A stretch of 64,000 nt of DNA, taken from assembly GCA_973895155.1 (NCBI GenBank), contig OZ316896.1, positions 7,759,278 to 7,823,277 of the forward strand. Reading direction: 5' to 3'. The DNA comes from Marsupella aquatica (taxonomy: Eukaryota > Plantae > Marchantiophyta). Both the position numbers and the translations under genes were made by a program. Under the pieces are notes generated by a model that was not told where the DNA came from, did no database searches, and was given only the letters and a program-made list of their open reading frames with translations. How positions within the stretch are numbered: position 1 is the first letter of the stretch; each line of letters begins with the position of its first letter. Shown here in pieces: positions 45,482 through 58,169 of this stretch.

Positions 45482-47400
45482 TAGTTTCTTGGACTTACAT
45501 ATTTTATATATATATGTCAGTTTATTTTACATGTTTATATGAGAATGATGTTGTTCAACAGTGCATGTGTTGATGAGATTAATTAATTGATGTTGTATGA
45601 TAGAATCAATATGTAACGCCTGATATTGGGGTAATATCACGAGCTATGCAACAACACCTTGTTGAGGCCATGGTGGCCAACCGTGGGCATGAACCGCAAA
45701 GGCAAGAGGATGGGGTACGACATGATGGTGATGATCCTATCCAAGACCATCTTGATGAGGAGAGGGCCATGGATGAGCTCATGGACCAATTCTATGATGA
45801 TCACGATGACATTGGTTTGGAGGACACTGGTTCAACCCATGAAAGGACTAGTCATCCACATCCTTCTAGGGGGTCCCAAGACAAGCAATGGGAGGAGGCA
45901 CAACGTCATGCCCGTACTCGCATATTCGAGGGGAGTAGGTTATCTCGGCTCTCATCAATAATGTTGTTGCTCAACTTGCAGCAAAGACATGGGGCAAGCA
46001 ATCTACTTTTGGATGATGTTTTCCGTACCTTGCATGATCGTATTTTGCCAGTAGGCAATGCATTGCCAGCCTCTTGGAAAGAGGCTAAACAGGTGTTGAG
46101 GTCCATTGGCCTGAAGTATGAGGTGATACATGCATGTGTGGATGATTGCATTCTTTTTAGGGGTGAGCATGAAAATGCCACTACATGTCCTAAATGTCAG
46201 AAGCCACGGTACCGTGATGACATGTTGACGGGGAAGGTACCGCAAAAGGTTATGAGGTACTTTCCTCTTATCCCTCGATTGCGACATCAATTCCGATGTG
46301 CAGAGTTGGCTGAGATGATGGTATGGCACTCACAAAATTGTCCTGATATGGTTGTACCCTCTAGTGCCATGCGGATGATGGTTGACTCTCCTGCCAATCG
46401 ATTTGTAGAGGATAGATGGGGAGAGTTCAAAATTGACCCACGACATGTTCGACTAGGCTTGGCAGCAGACGGTATCAGCCCTTTTGCATTGACAGGAAAA
46501 GCCAAACCATATTCGGTGTGGCCAGTAGTGTTGACAAACTACAACATCCCTCCTTGGATGGCCATGAAGAAAGGTCACCTACTACTCTCCATGATTATTC
46601 CGGGTCCTAAGCAAGTTAAAAAGATTGATGTGTACTTGCAGTCATTGATTGATGAGTTGATACAACTGTGGAGAGGAGTGGATTGTTATGATGGATGTCA
46701 CAACACAAGAGGTTTATCCCGCGTATTTACTCTAAAGGCCATCCTTATGTGGACCATGCATGATTTACCAGGTATGGTAAACCCTTATTTCCTCTAGTAC
46801 CTAAACCTTGTATTTAATTGCAATTATGCAGATTTTTGCCTTGATGAACCTTATTTTATTAATGTGTTTTCTATGCACTGGGCAGGGTTTGGATATGTTT
46901 CTGGATTGCAATCATCAGGCTATCGAGCTTGCTCTACATGTGGACCCGATTTGGAGGGGGTGGCCAGGCCCAAGTCAAGTACTCTGCAAAAAATTGTTTA
47001 CATTGGTCATACTAAATATCTTCCACCAGACCATCCTTGGAGGAGTGATCCATTCCTTTATGATACTGATGAGGGCCAACCTGATATTCGTCCTCAACCT
47101 CAGCGGAAGGATCCAGCATATTGGAGAGAGGTATGGGGGAGAGTTCAGGATCCGAGTGATCCATTACCATTATTCAGATGTGGCATGACCCGTTTGTCTG
47201 CATTGTCACAATTGCCATATTGGTCAGATATGCCCATTAATCACTTGTTAGACCCTATGCACATTGAGGGGAATGTGGGAAAATCATTGATTCGCCATCT
47301 ATATGGGGAGAAAAATAACAATTGGAGAGAAAGTTGTGAGGAGATGGGGATGCATGGTCTTTTGGGTTTTTGGCCATCTTTGGACCCCCCTGGTGCTCCC

Positions 47401-49788
47401 TGTCACGCGATTGACATGGGTCTTAACACCAAAAACGTCACTATGGGTGCCAAAACCATCTCCTTGTACCTGAGGATCACGAAGGGATGTTGTGAATGCC
47501 GGTAAACACCAGTTTATGCCCTTAACACCAGACTATCATAGCAAGACTCTATCACACATCACCCAAGCTCAATCCCAAGGAACCGAGGTTGGGGATCAGA
47601 TCAGAGCTCATGATAGTTCTGGTGAGAAGGGGTCTTCATATCGGGCCCGTACACACAGGGCCTAGCGCTACGGTGCGCATAGGTCTATACATATGCTTAC
47701 TGTCATAGGTATGTTTCTATTCCGCCGCCGGAATGTACCCATAAACCAGTGACTCCTGACTGATTCCCGGCTTAGGGACTTCTAAGCCATTGCCCCACCA
47801 CTCTGCCATTCCACTCTCAACAATCAGAGCTATGACAGTCCTCACCCAGCCCGCTTCAATGCACCCGGTACACCTCTCAGTGGCGCTGCTAGTTCCATCA
47901 TACACTCAGATTGCCTCACACACACACACATCCATGAGAGAAATGAGGCCTGAGAGGAAAACTCAATTAGATTCAAAGATGTGCACAATAGTTCACTGAG
48001 AACACTTGATCCGAACACTAGGGCCGAAGGCTGTCTCCTCCAGATTGTGACGTGCTTGCCCTGCAAGCCCCGTGCTTGCCATGCAAGCTCAATCCTGAAC
48101 TCAACCTCCTTCACTGCACTTCATTCTTGGGGGCACATACAGATCTCACACCTCCAATTCAGAACGTCAAGTTACGCATGCATAGTTGACTCGACTTCAA
48201 AGCTGGTACCAGGCCTAACGGCGATCTACCCCAGACTGCAATGAGGCCCGGCCTCACGCTTGCCCTGCAAGCTCAGCTTTGGCCATAGATCCCTTAGTGC
48301 TCTCCACCAGACAAAGGCCGGGACTCCCCATGGGTCACGTAGCCTTGCCAGACTGAACTGTAAATGCTCCTCCTGCTGCCCCTTAATCAGTACCTCAGCC
48401 TCCCTAATGTGCCCACCGCAAATCGAATTGAAATCCTCCCCACAGTTTACAATCACCAATACATCACCTATCACCAAGGCTCTGTATCGGGGGAAAAGAA
48501 CCCAGTTGTGCTGCCCGCTAGAAAGAGCCACAATCCAGCTCGCAAACCTAGCAACCCGTTGCTGTGAAGCTTGGCTGATTACTCCCTGAGTATAGCACAA
48601 CCAAGCTCTCCCCAACACGCAGCGTCCAAGTCCAGCCTTGCTTGCACAGAGCTCCTCCCCGCTACTCAGTCTAAGTGAGATCACACAACTGAAGTCCCCC
48701 CCTCTGCCTCTACCGGAGGGATGCTCTATATACTCTCTCATTGAGCCCAAATGGGTGGATGCTACGCTGTTGGAGCCCCATCCCAGCCCTAATAGAGCCG
48801 CCACTATCTCTAACTACTGAACCCTAACTCGCAACTTTATTTCTATCTCGAATTGGCTATGTACTTCGGATTCGGCCCTCCTCCATAGTTTTTGCGAGCT
48901 TGCGCCTCCTCTCCCGATTTCTCTATTTAACCATTTTCTGCGTGGATAGCAGCGTTGGAAGCGGCTTGAGCTCCTCTTTCCAACGAGGTCAATTATAGCC
49001 GATTTGGTCAAATACACAGAGAGTTATGCCCCCGTAACCGAGAGGGGGTACTCACTGTTGCGCTAACCCGAGTTACATAGCTAACCCGAGTTCGGCTAAC
49101 CTAGCTATCCTATCTAACCCGAGTAGAGCTAACCCGTGGTCTCGGGTTAGGCCGTCACCCGCTATCCGCTATCCGCTATCCGCTATCCTAGCCTAAGCTG
49201 AGCCCGAACCCGAGCTTACCTATGCTAACCTGACCCCGAGTTAAGTCTAACCCGGGATCAATCTAATCCGAACCCGGGTTAAGCCTAAGCTGAAGCCGTG
49301 CTTACCTAAGCTAAGCTGAAGCCGTGCTTACCTGAGCTAAGCTGAAGCCGTGCTGACCTAAGCTAAGCTGAAGCCGTGCTGACCTGAGCTAAGCTGAAGC
49401 CGTGCTCACATAAGCTAAGCCGTGGTCGAGCTTGGGTTAACCCGAAACTGAAGCCGAATCCGCTAATTCCGGCCACAAGTTAACCCGTCACACTAATCAG
49501 GCCGTATCTTTCTTAATACACCTCCGTTTCCCGAGTGTTTTATATCGATTTTACTCGCCTTGACCAGATCTTTCCAATGCTCTTTACAGATCCGGATTTG
49601 GTGACATATTGAAAGAGATATGGTCGCCGACCACCTGCGACATAGCTTTTATTTCCCTACTCTTAACGCCATGATTGCCCTTATTCTTGCCATCTTGCTA
49701 ATTGTTATGCAATATCAATAGCTACTCCTTGCATACAGCAACCTACTTAATCAGATTACAAAATAAGGACCATGTCATTGGCGTCACA
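47401..49788 (-). mobile_element. Solo LTR (2388 bp) inserted in TnpD
   Basis: TGTCACGC...GCGTCACA ends; CTCCC TSD at 47396-47400 and 49789-49793. Orientation inferred from the internal ORF only. Confidence 0.85.
49060..49460. repeat. Compound tandem repeats inside the solo LTR
   Basis: AACCCGAG motifs, GCTATCC x4, and a 25-bp CTAAGCTAAGCTGAAGCCGTGCT unit about x5. Confidence 0.85.
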
Positions 49789-52117
49789 CTCCCCCTAGCA
49801 TCCATCCTCCTTGGGTTTTGACAATGGCAGAGCGCATTGAGTTTCGCAGACGTATTGGGTTGATGAGGTTTCCCACAGGTTATGGTACCAATCTTAGGAA
49901 GGCATTTGGGGGGGAGGATTCTCCAAAATGGCCATCTTTCTTGAAGACACATGATTATCATCGGTTGCTTGAACATGTTCTTCCAGTTGCTATTATTGGA
50001 TTGGGTAGTGAGGAACTTCGTGATGCCCTTTGGTCATTGGGTAAGCTCTTAAGATGGGTATGTCAAAAGGAGGTACAGGAGGATGACATTGCTGCTATGG
50101 AGATATTTGGAGTAGAGGTTGTCTGCAAGTTGGAGAAGGCACTCCCTCCCTCATTCTTTGATGGTCAGGTTCATTTCCTCATACATTTAGTGCGCGAGGT
50201 TGCAATTGCAGGCCTAGTACATTGTCGATGGATGTATTGGGTAGAGCGTTATATGGGGGTGATGAAGTCATATGTCTTTAATCGTGCTAGGGTGGAAGGT
50301 AGCATTGCGGAGCGTCATCTTGGAGCAGAGAGTATGTTTTACTGTACAAACATAGTTGCCACACTAGATCCTAGTGCTCCTAGGGGATGGATAGATGAGG
50401 CGGCACGAGAGGCTGACTACGAGGATGATAGACTCACTGGGGCATCTGGAGAGCGTCTCATAGGCTCAGCAGAGCGTTTACAGCTCACAACATTTATGTT
50501 GTATAACTCACCCGAGGTTGTCGGGGAGTGGACAACATTTAATGAGGAGGAGAAGCAAAACAGTCGACGCCCATAGTTATTTCCCAAGTTTTACCCATAC
50601 ATGAAGGAGAAGTTGTTAGAAGTGGATGCCCTGGTGGGTACCGGGGAGAGTGTATTACACTACCCAAACGTGACAGATAAACTTCGTACCTTGATTCATG
50701 GTCCACTACTTATAGTCACGACTCGGACTGCCATGTGGTCAAAGGGGAGACATTTTCGTGTGGAACGACTTGATGAGAAGAGGGCAGCTACACAGGATTG
50801 TGGGGTGATGGGTTGGTTCACCCAAGATTCCCAGAGTAGCATGTCAGACATGAATCCCATTCGCTCCACCGTGGCCCATTATGGGAAGATTGAGGAGATC
50901 CTAACAGTGAAATACCATGCACATACTACTTTGGAGGAAGTGGTATTCAAGTGCAAATGGTTCAAGATGAATCTTGTAGGCCACAATCGTACTTGTGAAG
51001 ATGATGCATGCGGTTTTACTCGTTTGAAGACATCTGCAAATAGTGTCATCAGTTCCAACTGGAGGTCCTCAGATCCCTTTGCCTTCCCACATCACCTTGA
51101 GCAATGCTTTTACCTACCCTATCCCAATGACCCCGAGTGGTCCATTGTTATGCCGTATATTCCCAGATCACGGTCCATAGTCCAAGAGAGACCCAACGTA
51201 GTTGTAGTGGAAGATAGAGACATACCCCCCACGAGTTAGTATAAATTGTAGACCCCACCATCTTCATGTATATTTTTACCGGCACTATCTTTTTATCGGC
51301 ATTCTATGATTTTTCTAATTGTCCACAATTTCATGCAGTATACATATCTATTGCTTAAAGTATGCCCCATATCTGAATCCATTAATTCCATGCAACCTAT
51401 ACATTGTAAAACACTAAAGTCCCATATGTCCCATTCAAATACCATCGGAAACATATCGGACACACATCAGTACTGCCAAAGCAAAAAACCCCTTCCCATC
51501 CTCAAAGTATCGGATTTTCCGATACTATAAAAATCGGAAGCCACTATCTGATACTCCACAGATCGGACGCTTAAGCCCGCAGCCGAGGAGGGGTCCGATA
51601 GAAATTTCAACGGATAGTAACCGATCCCTCAGCCTTTGCAAATGATTTCCGTTGTAAATAGTATCGCAAACATATGTCCGATACATTTTGTATCGGTAAA
51701 TGTTCGAAACCAAACCTATCGGAATTAGCTTTCGATACTATTATTATCGAACGTCTGAAAAACATGTCGGCTCTCAATTTGCGATACAGGATGTTTCGGA
51801 CATTGTCCGATATGATGGGTATTGGATAAAGTTTTTGATACAAAACATATCGGATAATAATGTCCGATTTGGGTAGTATCGGAAGTTCCATAGCTGGGAG
51901 TATCGGAAGTTTTCCGTTGTGTTTAGTATCGCAGCGCGTTGAGAAACGCGTGTTTTTAGTATCGGAAAAATGCCTAAAATGTACTAGTTCAGCCAAACCA
52001 GCACATGATTAAATCATCAGATGAACAACAGAGCATTGAAGTATCTAAATGGGTCACTACATTTAATGAAGATCATTCACCGTCATGATCCTGTCCGATT
52101 CACTGGTCATTGGGATG

Positions 52118-53557
52118 TTAGTTTCTATACCCTACCCTAAGTAGCCTACGTTGCTCTGCCTCCACCATAGTCCTAGCCTGGGAAAGCCGCCCAATCTTAC
52201 GGCCAGAACAAGACAAAGCAGCCACAGCCAACAGGTGATCAATAGTCTTCGTGCATATATTAATCTGGTCAAAAACGCGGTGTCTGGTCCGATCAAACGT
52301 TTGGCCATTCCTGGCAAGCCACAGGGACCACAAAGTTTGGTACATCAAGAAAACCTGTAACGTATGCAGAGGGGTCTTCCCCCGCATCGACAACAGGAGA
52401 TGCACCAACCCAAGGGCCCGGTTAAATAATCTCCCATTCAGCCAGCCCTGCATTACCAGCCAGCAAGCCCCCGCATGGCGGCAGTCAAAGAAAATGTGCG
52501 GGATAGACTCCACCACCCCGGAGCAGAGTGTACATACCCCATCAGACTTCCCAATCCTCAGAGCTTTGGAGCCAGAAAATAAACCCTGGGCAAGGATGCG
52601 CCATAAGAAGGTTCTGGCACAAGTGGAGAGATCTGCAGTCCATATAACCTGCCAGACCTCACACCATTCAATCTCAAGCAAGTTCACATTCCAGATCCTG
52701 TTAAGCCTGCAGAAATCAGATCCCTTGGGTCTAAGCAACTCAAACACCTTGAGATTGGGAAGCCCAAATTTAGTCAGGGGCACACTGTCCTTATCGATCC
52801 ATCTCCATAGTCTTGCCCCTGAGTCCCCAGCTGTTTCTCTGTAGATAGTTATGTGAAGAGTGGAAATAAAGGATAGACAAAATCTCCTATCGTCTTCCGG
52901 TAGACCCCTCAGTCTGAGCATCTTCTCATTCATATCCATCCACTGATTATTCAGAGCACACCGCAAATCATTGACTTTCCTGACACCAAGCCTTCCACAG
53001 ATCTTAACTACACCCAAAATGTTGTCCTCAGGGAGAGTGTAAAAGTCCAATAGACAGCGCAAAACATCTTCAATCCCCCAGTGTCCGGGGATGGCCGCAG
53101 TGCCAGGACAAAGGACCAGGTTCTCCCGTACCAAGGTTCTCCCGTACCAAGGTCTCCCGTACCAAGGTTCTCCCGAACCAGGTTCTCCTGTACCAAGGTC
53201 CAGGCACACTTAGTAGAGCGTCAGAATGACTACGGAAGTCCTTCAATCCCAGGCCACCATCCACCTTAGGTCGTGCCAGCTTCTCCTAGGCCACCAGTGG
53301 AATTTTCTTCCCCCCCTGTTTGTTAATCCCCCAAAGAAAAACACGACTGAGTGCAATCAGCTTCTTTGCCAGAGAAGCAGAGGATCGCAGAAACATCATG
53401 TGATATACAGGAATGGCAAGTAAAACATGTTTGATCAGCAGCACCCTTCCAGTGAAAGATAGAAAACAGGTAGACCAAGATGATAGTCTGGCTTCAGTAA
53501 GATCCAAGCCAAAGGGAGCACCCAAATATTTCTGTACCACTCCTCTTTCACTAATAA
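52118..53557 (-). pseudogene. L1-type LINE ORF2, 3' part
   Basis: QKYLGAP, SFTGRVLLIKHVLLAIPVY, GGLGLKDF, FLWRIL, CTLCSGVVESIPHIFFDC (zf-RVT) and LWSLWLARN. Confidence 0.9.
53100..53207. repeat. 108-bp insert of 16-bp tandem repeats with 10-bp inverted ends
   Basis: GTACCAAGGTTCTCCC about x5, bounded by GTGCCAGGAC and GTCCAGGCAC. Confidence 0.65.
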
Positions 53558-56500
53558 CATGGAGCCTTAAGGGATGAGTCCAAGGCCCGAATTCCTTTTT
53601 CAAGATTTTCATGATTTTTCCAAAAGTGCTTTAAAAAAACATATAAAAATGAAACATGTTTTGTAAACTTTGCTATTATAATTCTTTCAATGAAAATCTT
53701 GGGATATTTTCAACATCATTTTCACAATTACCAAAAACAACAAATCCATACTTAATTACAAACATAAAATTTATGGTCTTTGATCTGAGTTTGTGCAAAC
53801 TCAAAATCTTAAGTAGAATGCCACTATCCATTGTAGGTGTGCATCTAAGTCCACTAAATCTCTAAATACAATGCAACTCAACTAATCTAAGGCTTCTCTA
53901 ACCTCCTCTCCACTTCTAGAAGATCCTTGCTTCAATCCGAGCTAGCTCAACAGTTACATCTTCTGTTGCACCCTCTACTCTGGTGCGCTTCACATCCTCC
54001 CCACTCTCTTGATCCATACCAATATTGAAATGTACATCGATTTTGATTTGGGCAGCCACCTGGCTTCATGAAATCATGAAGTCGGGTTCTCACCTGAAAG
54101 AAGCTACCTGATCCTCCTAGCTCCCTCCAGTTAGTTCCCCCAAGCTCGATAGTTCTCTTTGCTTCTGCTCCCAATCCACCCACCTTGGACTCATTTTTGA
54201 CCCAGACCAGGCCTGGTCAACCCTTAATCCTCCCTGGATCAATCTTGATTCCCGATCGGCCCTCCCCCGGTCCCTAATTAGTGAAACCCTTCCCCAATCC
54301 TAAACCCTCCCCCCCGATCTTTTACCGCTCCCCCTCCAATGTTTGATCATCCCCTTGATGCTCGACTGCCCTCCTCCGGTGCTCCATCCCCCTCTGATGG
54401 TTGATCGTTCCCCTGACGGTCGATTGTCCACCCTCCTCCAATCCCTAAATGGCCCCCCTTCCAATCCCCTTCCAATCCCCTTCCACTCCTTATCAATCCC
54501 ATTCCAATCTCCCTTGCTCCCTCTCCCATCCTCCACTCGCTCCCCCTTCAATCCTTAGGTCTGCTCGATTGAGATCTAGCTCTCAAGCTCAATTTTTCAC
54601 AAATTATCCCTGATCCTTTGTGGCTATCTCCCCTAATTGGAATCTGTCTCATTTAATCAGAGTCTACCACAGCTAATTCAAGCAGCAGTCAATCACAGTA
54701 GAAGCTCATTCAATAACCAAATCTGAGAAATCAAAGTCCAACACTCAGGTGAAATCCAGCAATCAAAGCATCAACATCAAACCAGGAATTCAAAATTTCA
54801 GCTTCAGGATTTTGAAGGCGACAGCAGAGATTAGCAGTCGTTCCCAGACCTTAAATTAGGCCTGACCTCAATTGGCAGCTGATGACAGCACCTTGATGCG
54901 ACTTGAGCTTAAGTGAGGGGCAATAGCCCTCTCCAGGCCGCAGCCTCCTTTGCCATAGCCAATTGGCTACCCTAGCCCTTTGTAGGTCATTGAGCTGGCA
55001 ACACAGTCTTTGCCCTTTGTATTTTGTCACAACCAGTTTTGGGCTTCATGAATTCATGAAGCTTTTGGTTTCTCAGTTTCCCAGGTGGTAGCCCCTTCAT
55101 GAATTCATGAAAGAGAATAAGGTATCTTAGGGAGAGAATCTCCAGAATAGCCAAAAGAAAGACTTCAAAAGTGAAAGAAAAGGGGATAAAGACAAACCAC
55201 TCAATCTCAAGAAATGCAAAAAATATGGTGAAATAAAAGCAAAAAGCGCTCCAAATGCCAATATTCCAAAAAGCATATGGAAACAGTAGGTCAACAAGAC
55301 AAACTCTCCAATCATGAGTCATGGAAGTACGTATCTTGGTGGGCAAAAACATATGGGTTTTTAATGCCAATGTTTATCCTCATGAAACGTGGGAATGCAA
55401 ACCTAAAAATGATTTATTTTTCCAAGTAAACTGGATTGCGTAGTCCAAACAATATTGTGAGATTAATAATTGAGCAATCTAGTAAAGGGAGGTATGGGGA
55501 AGGGAAAAGGCCCAAAGAAGCCCTAAGTTGCCCAACAAGCCAAAAAGTCAAAGGACTAAGATACCACCTAGTAGCCAAGAAGACTAATTAATAAAGTGTT
55601 GTGTCATAAAAAACTTTTGGAAATATAATTTTTCAACTTTTTCCTTGACTTGTTCATCTATGTCATGAAAGGATTGGCTTAATTATTGAAAAATGATTTA
55701 AGCATTTCTTATTCATTTAAATTAGAGAAAGGACCAATTAAGTTCAAATAGGCGTCCTCTATTCATGAAAACATGTTATTTCATTTGTTTCAAGTTAAAG
55801 GGTTTTTGCTCTTTTGTGTGTTTTGTCTACATTAAGTTCTTCTCACTCATTTGAGAGCACTAGCCTCCCCGGGCGTTAAGTTTTATCCCATGTGGTTGAG
55901 ACTAGTGTTAATTTGGGTGTCCGACTCAAGGTCTTCAAGATAGTGGACAGTTGAGAAAGCGGACTCATGAATTCATGAAGACTGATTGTAACAAGTTTCT
56001 AAAAACACTAAGTCCTGTCTCAAAACCAGATTGTTGTGCATTTTGGAAAGGTCAAGCGTTGCAACAAGCACCAAGGGGAGAGAGTGAATATGGTCGTCTA
56101 ACATCTCTCAAATTCCAGGAAGGTGTAAGAGCGCTGACACAAGCGGGGACACAAGAAGACCTACTGAGGCTGCAAATAATTCCGGCAAGGAAAGGATCAT
56201 CACAAGAAGGTCACCCGGGCACACTTGCATCATTTGGCTGAGATTGGAAGCCAATCAATATCAAGAAATTAACTTGAAGGGGAAGAATAAGAATTTGGAG
56301 GAGGTCCCCAAGAAGAGGTTGGGGGAGCCCAGTTGGGTCAATATGTTTGTGAAATTCAGATGTTGCCTAACAAATCAAACTCAGGCATGTTGAGAGCCAG
56401 GTTGAGAGTAAAAGAGGAGCCATTGAGTGATCTGATTTGGATCAGAACGGGTACATCTGGAAGCGTAGGTGGTGAATTTGTGGAGATATCATCTTCCATT

Positions 56501-56678
56501 GAAAAGTCTTCCTCAAAGAGTGAAGGGGCGCATGTTGGAGAGTCAAAAAGAGATCATATTTTATGAATTTGAATTTTTCCCAAGTCTAATGAATTATGGA
56601 GGTAATTTGATCGTTTGTTAAAAATACAAATCATGTTTTGGTAAAAATTGCTAAAATGGCATAGTAAAATTATAGGTA

Positions 56679-56846
56679 TATTATGCATCAACCATGGACA
56701 CACATACACCAGCAAGCTCACTTCCTTCATTACTTTGTGGGAGAGTAAACTTCTCCCTATGTAGTACATGGTATATCGGCAGTTATGTAACCTCCGTTTC
56801 CCTACATTCTAGGGTAAGTAGGGTTAGGGTTTTAGCCCTTATAACA
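56679..56846 (-). repeat. 3' LTR of copia
   Basis: Identical to 63187-63354; preceded on the minus strand by PPT AAGGGGGAG (56847-56855). Confidence 0.95.
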
Positions 56847-58169
56847 CTCCCCCTTGGTTGAATGAAAAATATTTCAAACAACCACAAAAGTATGGGGAAA
56901 AACTAACCCGTTTAAGGATATGTCGATTATTTGGCCAAAGTTTTAGTATGGTCTCATTAAAACCATGCTCCAATCATGGAAAGAGTGCCACTACTATTAC
57001 ATGGTCTAAGGCCAAAAAAAATTTAAAAATGGAACATATCAAGAATTAACATGACTAAGGAAAAATGTATGCCTAAACTTAACACAAATTACACTATGGT
57101 ATGTAAAGTAAACAGTAGTCTCTACTGTAAGAGTAAACCTAAATGCAATTGTAAGTGTAAAGTAAATCTATAGATTAGGTATGCATTCGATAGTTTCCTG
57201 TAGTGGAGAGTCCTGTGTGAGTTGAATCTTGATTCGAAAGAACTGTGGAATACATGAGAACTTTGAGTCATCGTTAGGAACATTGGCACCGGAAAGAAAA
57301 ACTGATTTTAGAATGTCGATTTCATCCAGTAGATGGTAACATCTGCGAGAGAGGAAGAGCGGGAAGCTATGCGTTGCTGAATGGTATGCAACTCGCCAAG
57401 GCAAAGCTTCCATCAATAGGCTGTCGAGTATTGCGCTGCAGCCACCTCCAGGAAAGAAAATGTTGAACTGAAATGAACAGGATCGTTGCTACTCGACGTT
57501 GCACTTATCCTTTTGGTTATCGGCTATTGCAAATGTGCATTGTGGGATCGCTGCTCGGATCAGAGAGAATCGGAGGAGAATCGGAGGAGAAGAGGTGAGC
57601 ATGAAAAAGTTGTCGGCTCACTGGATGTTCTGGTTTTACAAGGTCCAGTTGTTTCTCGATTACTGCAAATGTGGGAGAGAACGACTAAGTTGCCCAGTTG
57701 ATTGCAGTTCCTTAATAGTCGATTTAGTCTTGCTGTTCGCGAACCCGGGATAAGCTTCAGACACGGGTCAGAATACTCCTGGCTTGGCTTTCTTGGTGGA
57801 GGTCAGGCATGCTCGGTGGAGCTCGAGAGGAGGAGAGAAGATGCTGATGCTGCTGGTAGTCGACTACTGCTGGTCGACTACACTGGTCCCACTGTGAGTT
57901 CCTTGTCCCTTTGTTCGGGAGTCTTTCTTGTTGGAGCTCAGTCTTGCTAGATGGAGCTTGGTCTTGCTCGCTCGACCTCTGTCTCCCTCAGTTCTTGAAG
58001 TATTTACATATCCTGAGTTCGTCTCTGTTGTTCATCTTACCTTTTCTGAGCTTGATTCTTCATCTTTATCAGCATAAGTGGAATGTCCCGTGATCAGTAT
58101 TCCAGTAGAATATGTCTCCTGGTTTTCTATGAATAATCGAACATGTAATTTGTGTCAAGCAATGTCGAT

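Larger units (their letters stand above)
45646..51239 (+). pseudogene. CACTA TnpD transposase (Transposase_21, DUF4218-like and DUF4216-like regions)
   Basis: IHACVDDCILF..CPKC..RY; LGLAADGISPF..WPVVLTNYNIPPW..IIPGPK; DPMHIEGN; LKTHDYH; WMYWVER. Intron 46772-46885. Split by solo LTR 47401-49788 (frame restored on removal). Premature TAG at 50574. Confidence 0.92.
40216..51989 (+). mobile_element. CACTA/EnSpm DNA transposon (termini degraded)
   Basis: TnpD-type transposase; dense ATCGGA/TCCGAT subterminal repeats at 40240-40710 and 51430-51970. Right end reads ..GTACTAGT; left TIR not found, so boundaries are approximate. Confidence 0.8.

Noticed and set aside
54230-54560. C-rich tract with short Pro- or Gly-rich ORFs
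   Set aside because: Low-complexity sequence; the ORFs are compositional artefacts.
56810-56840. Telomeric repeat (TAGGGTTAGGGTTTT)
   Set aside because: Only about two units inside the copia LTR; a telo-box at most.
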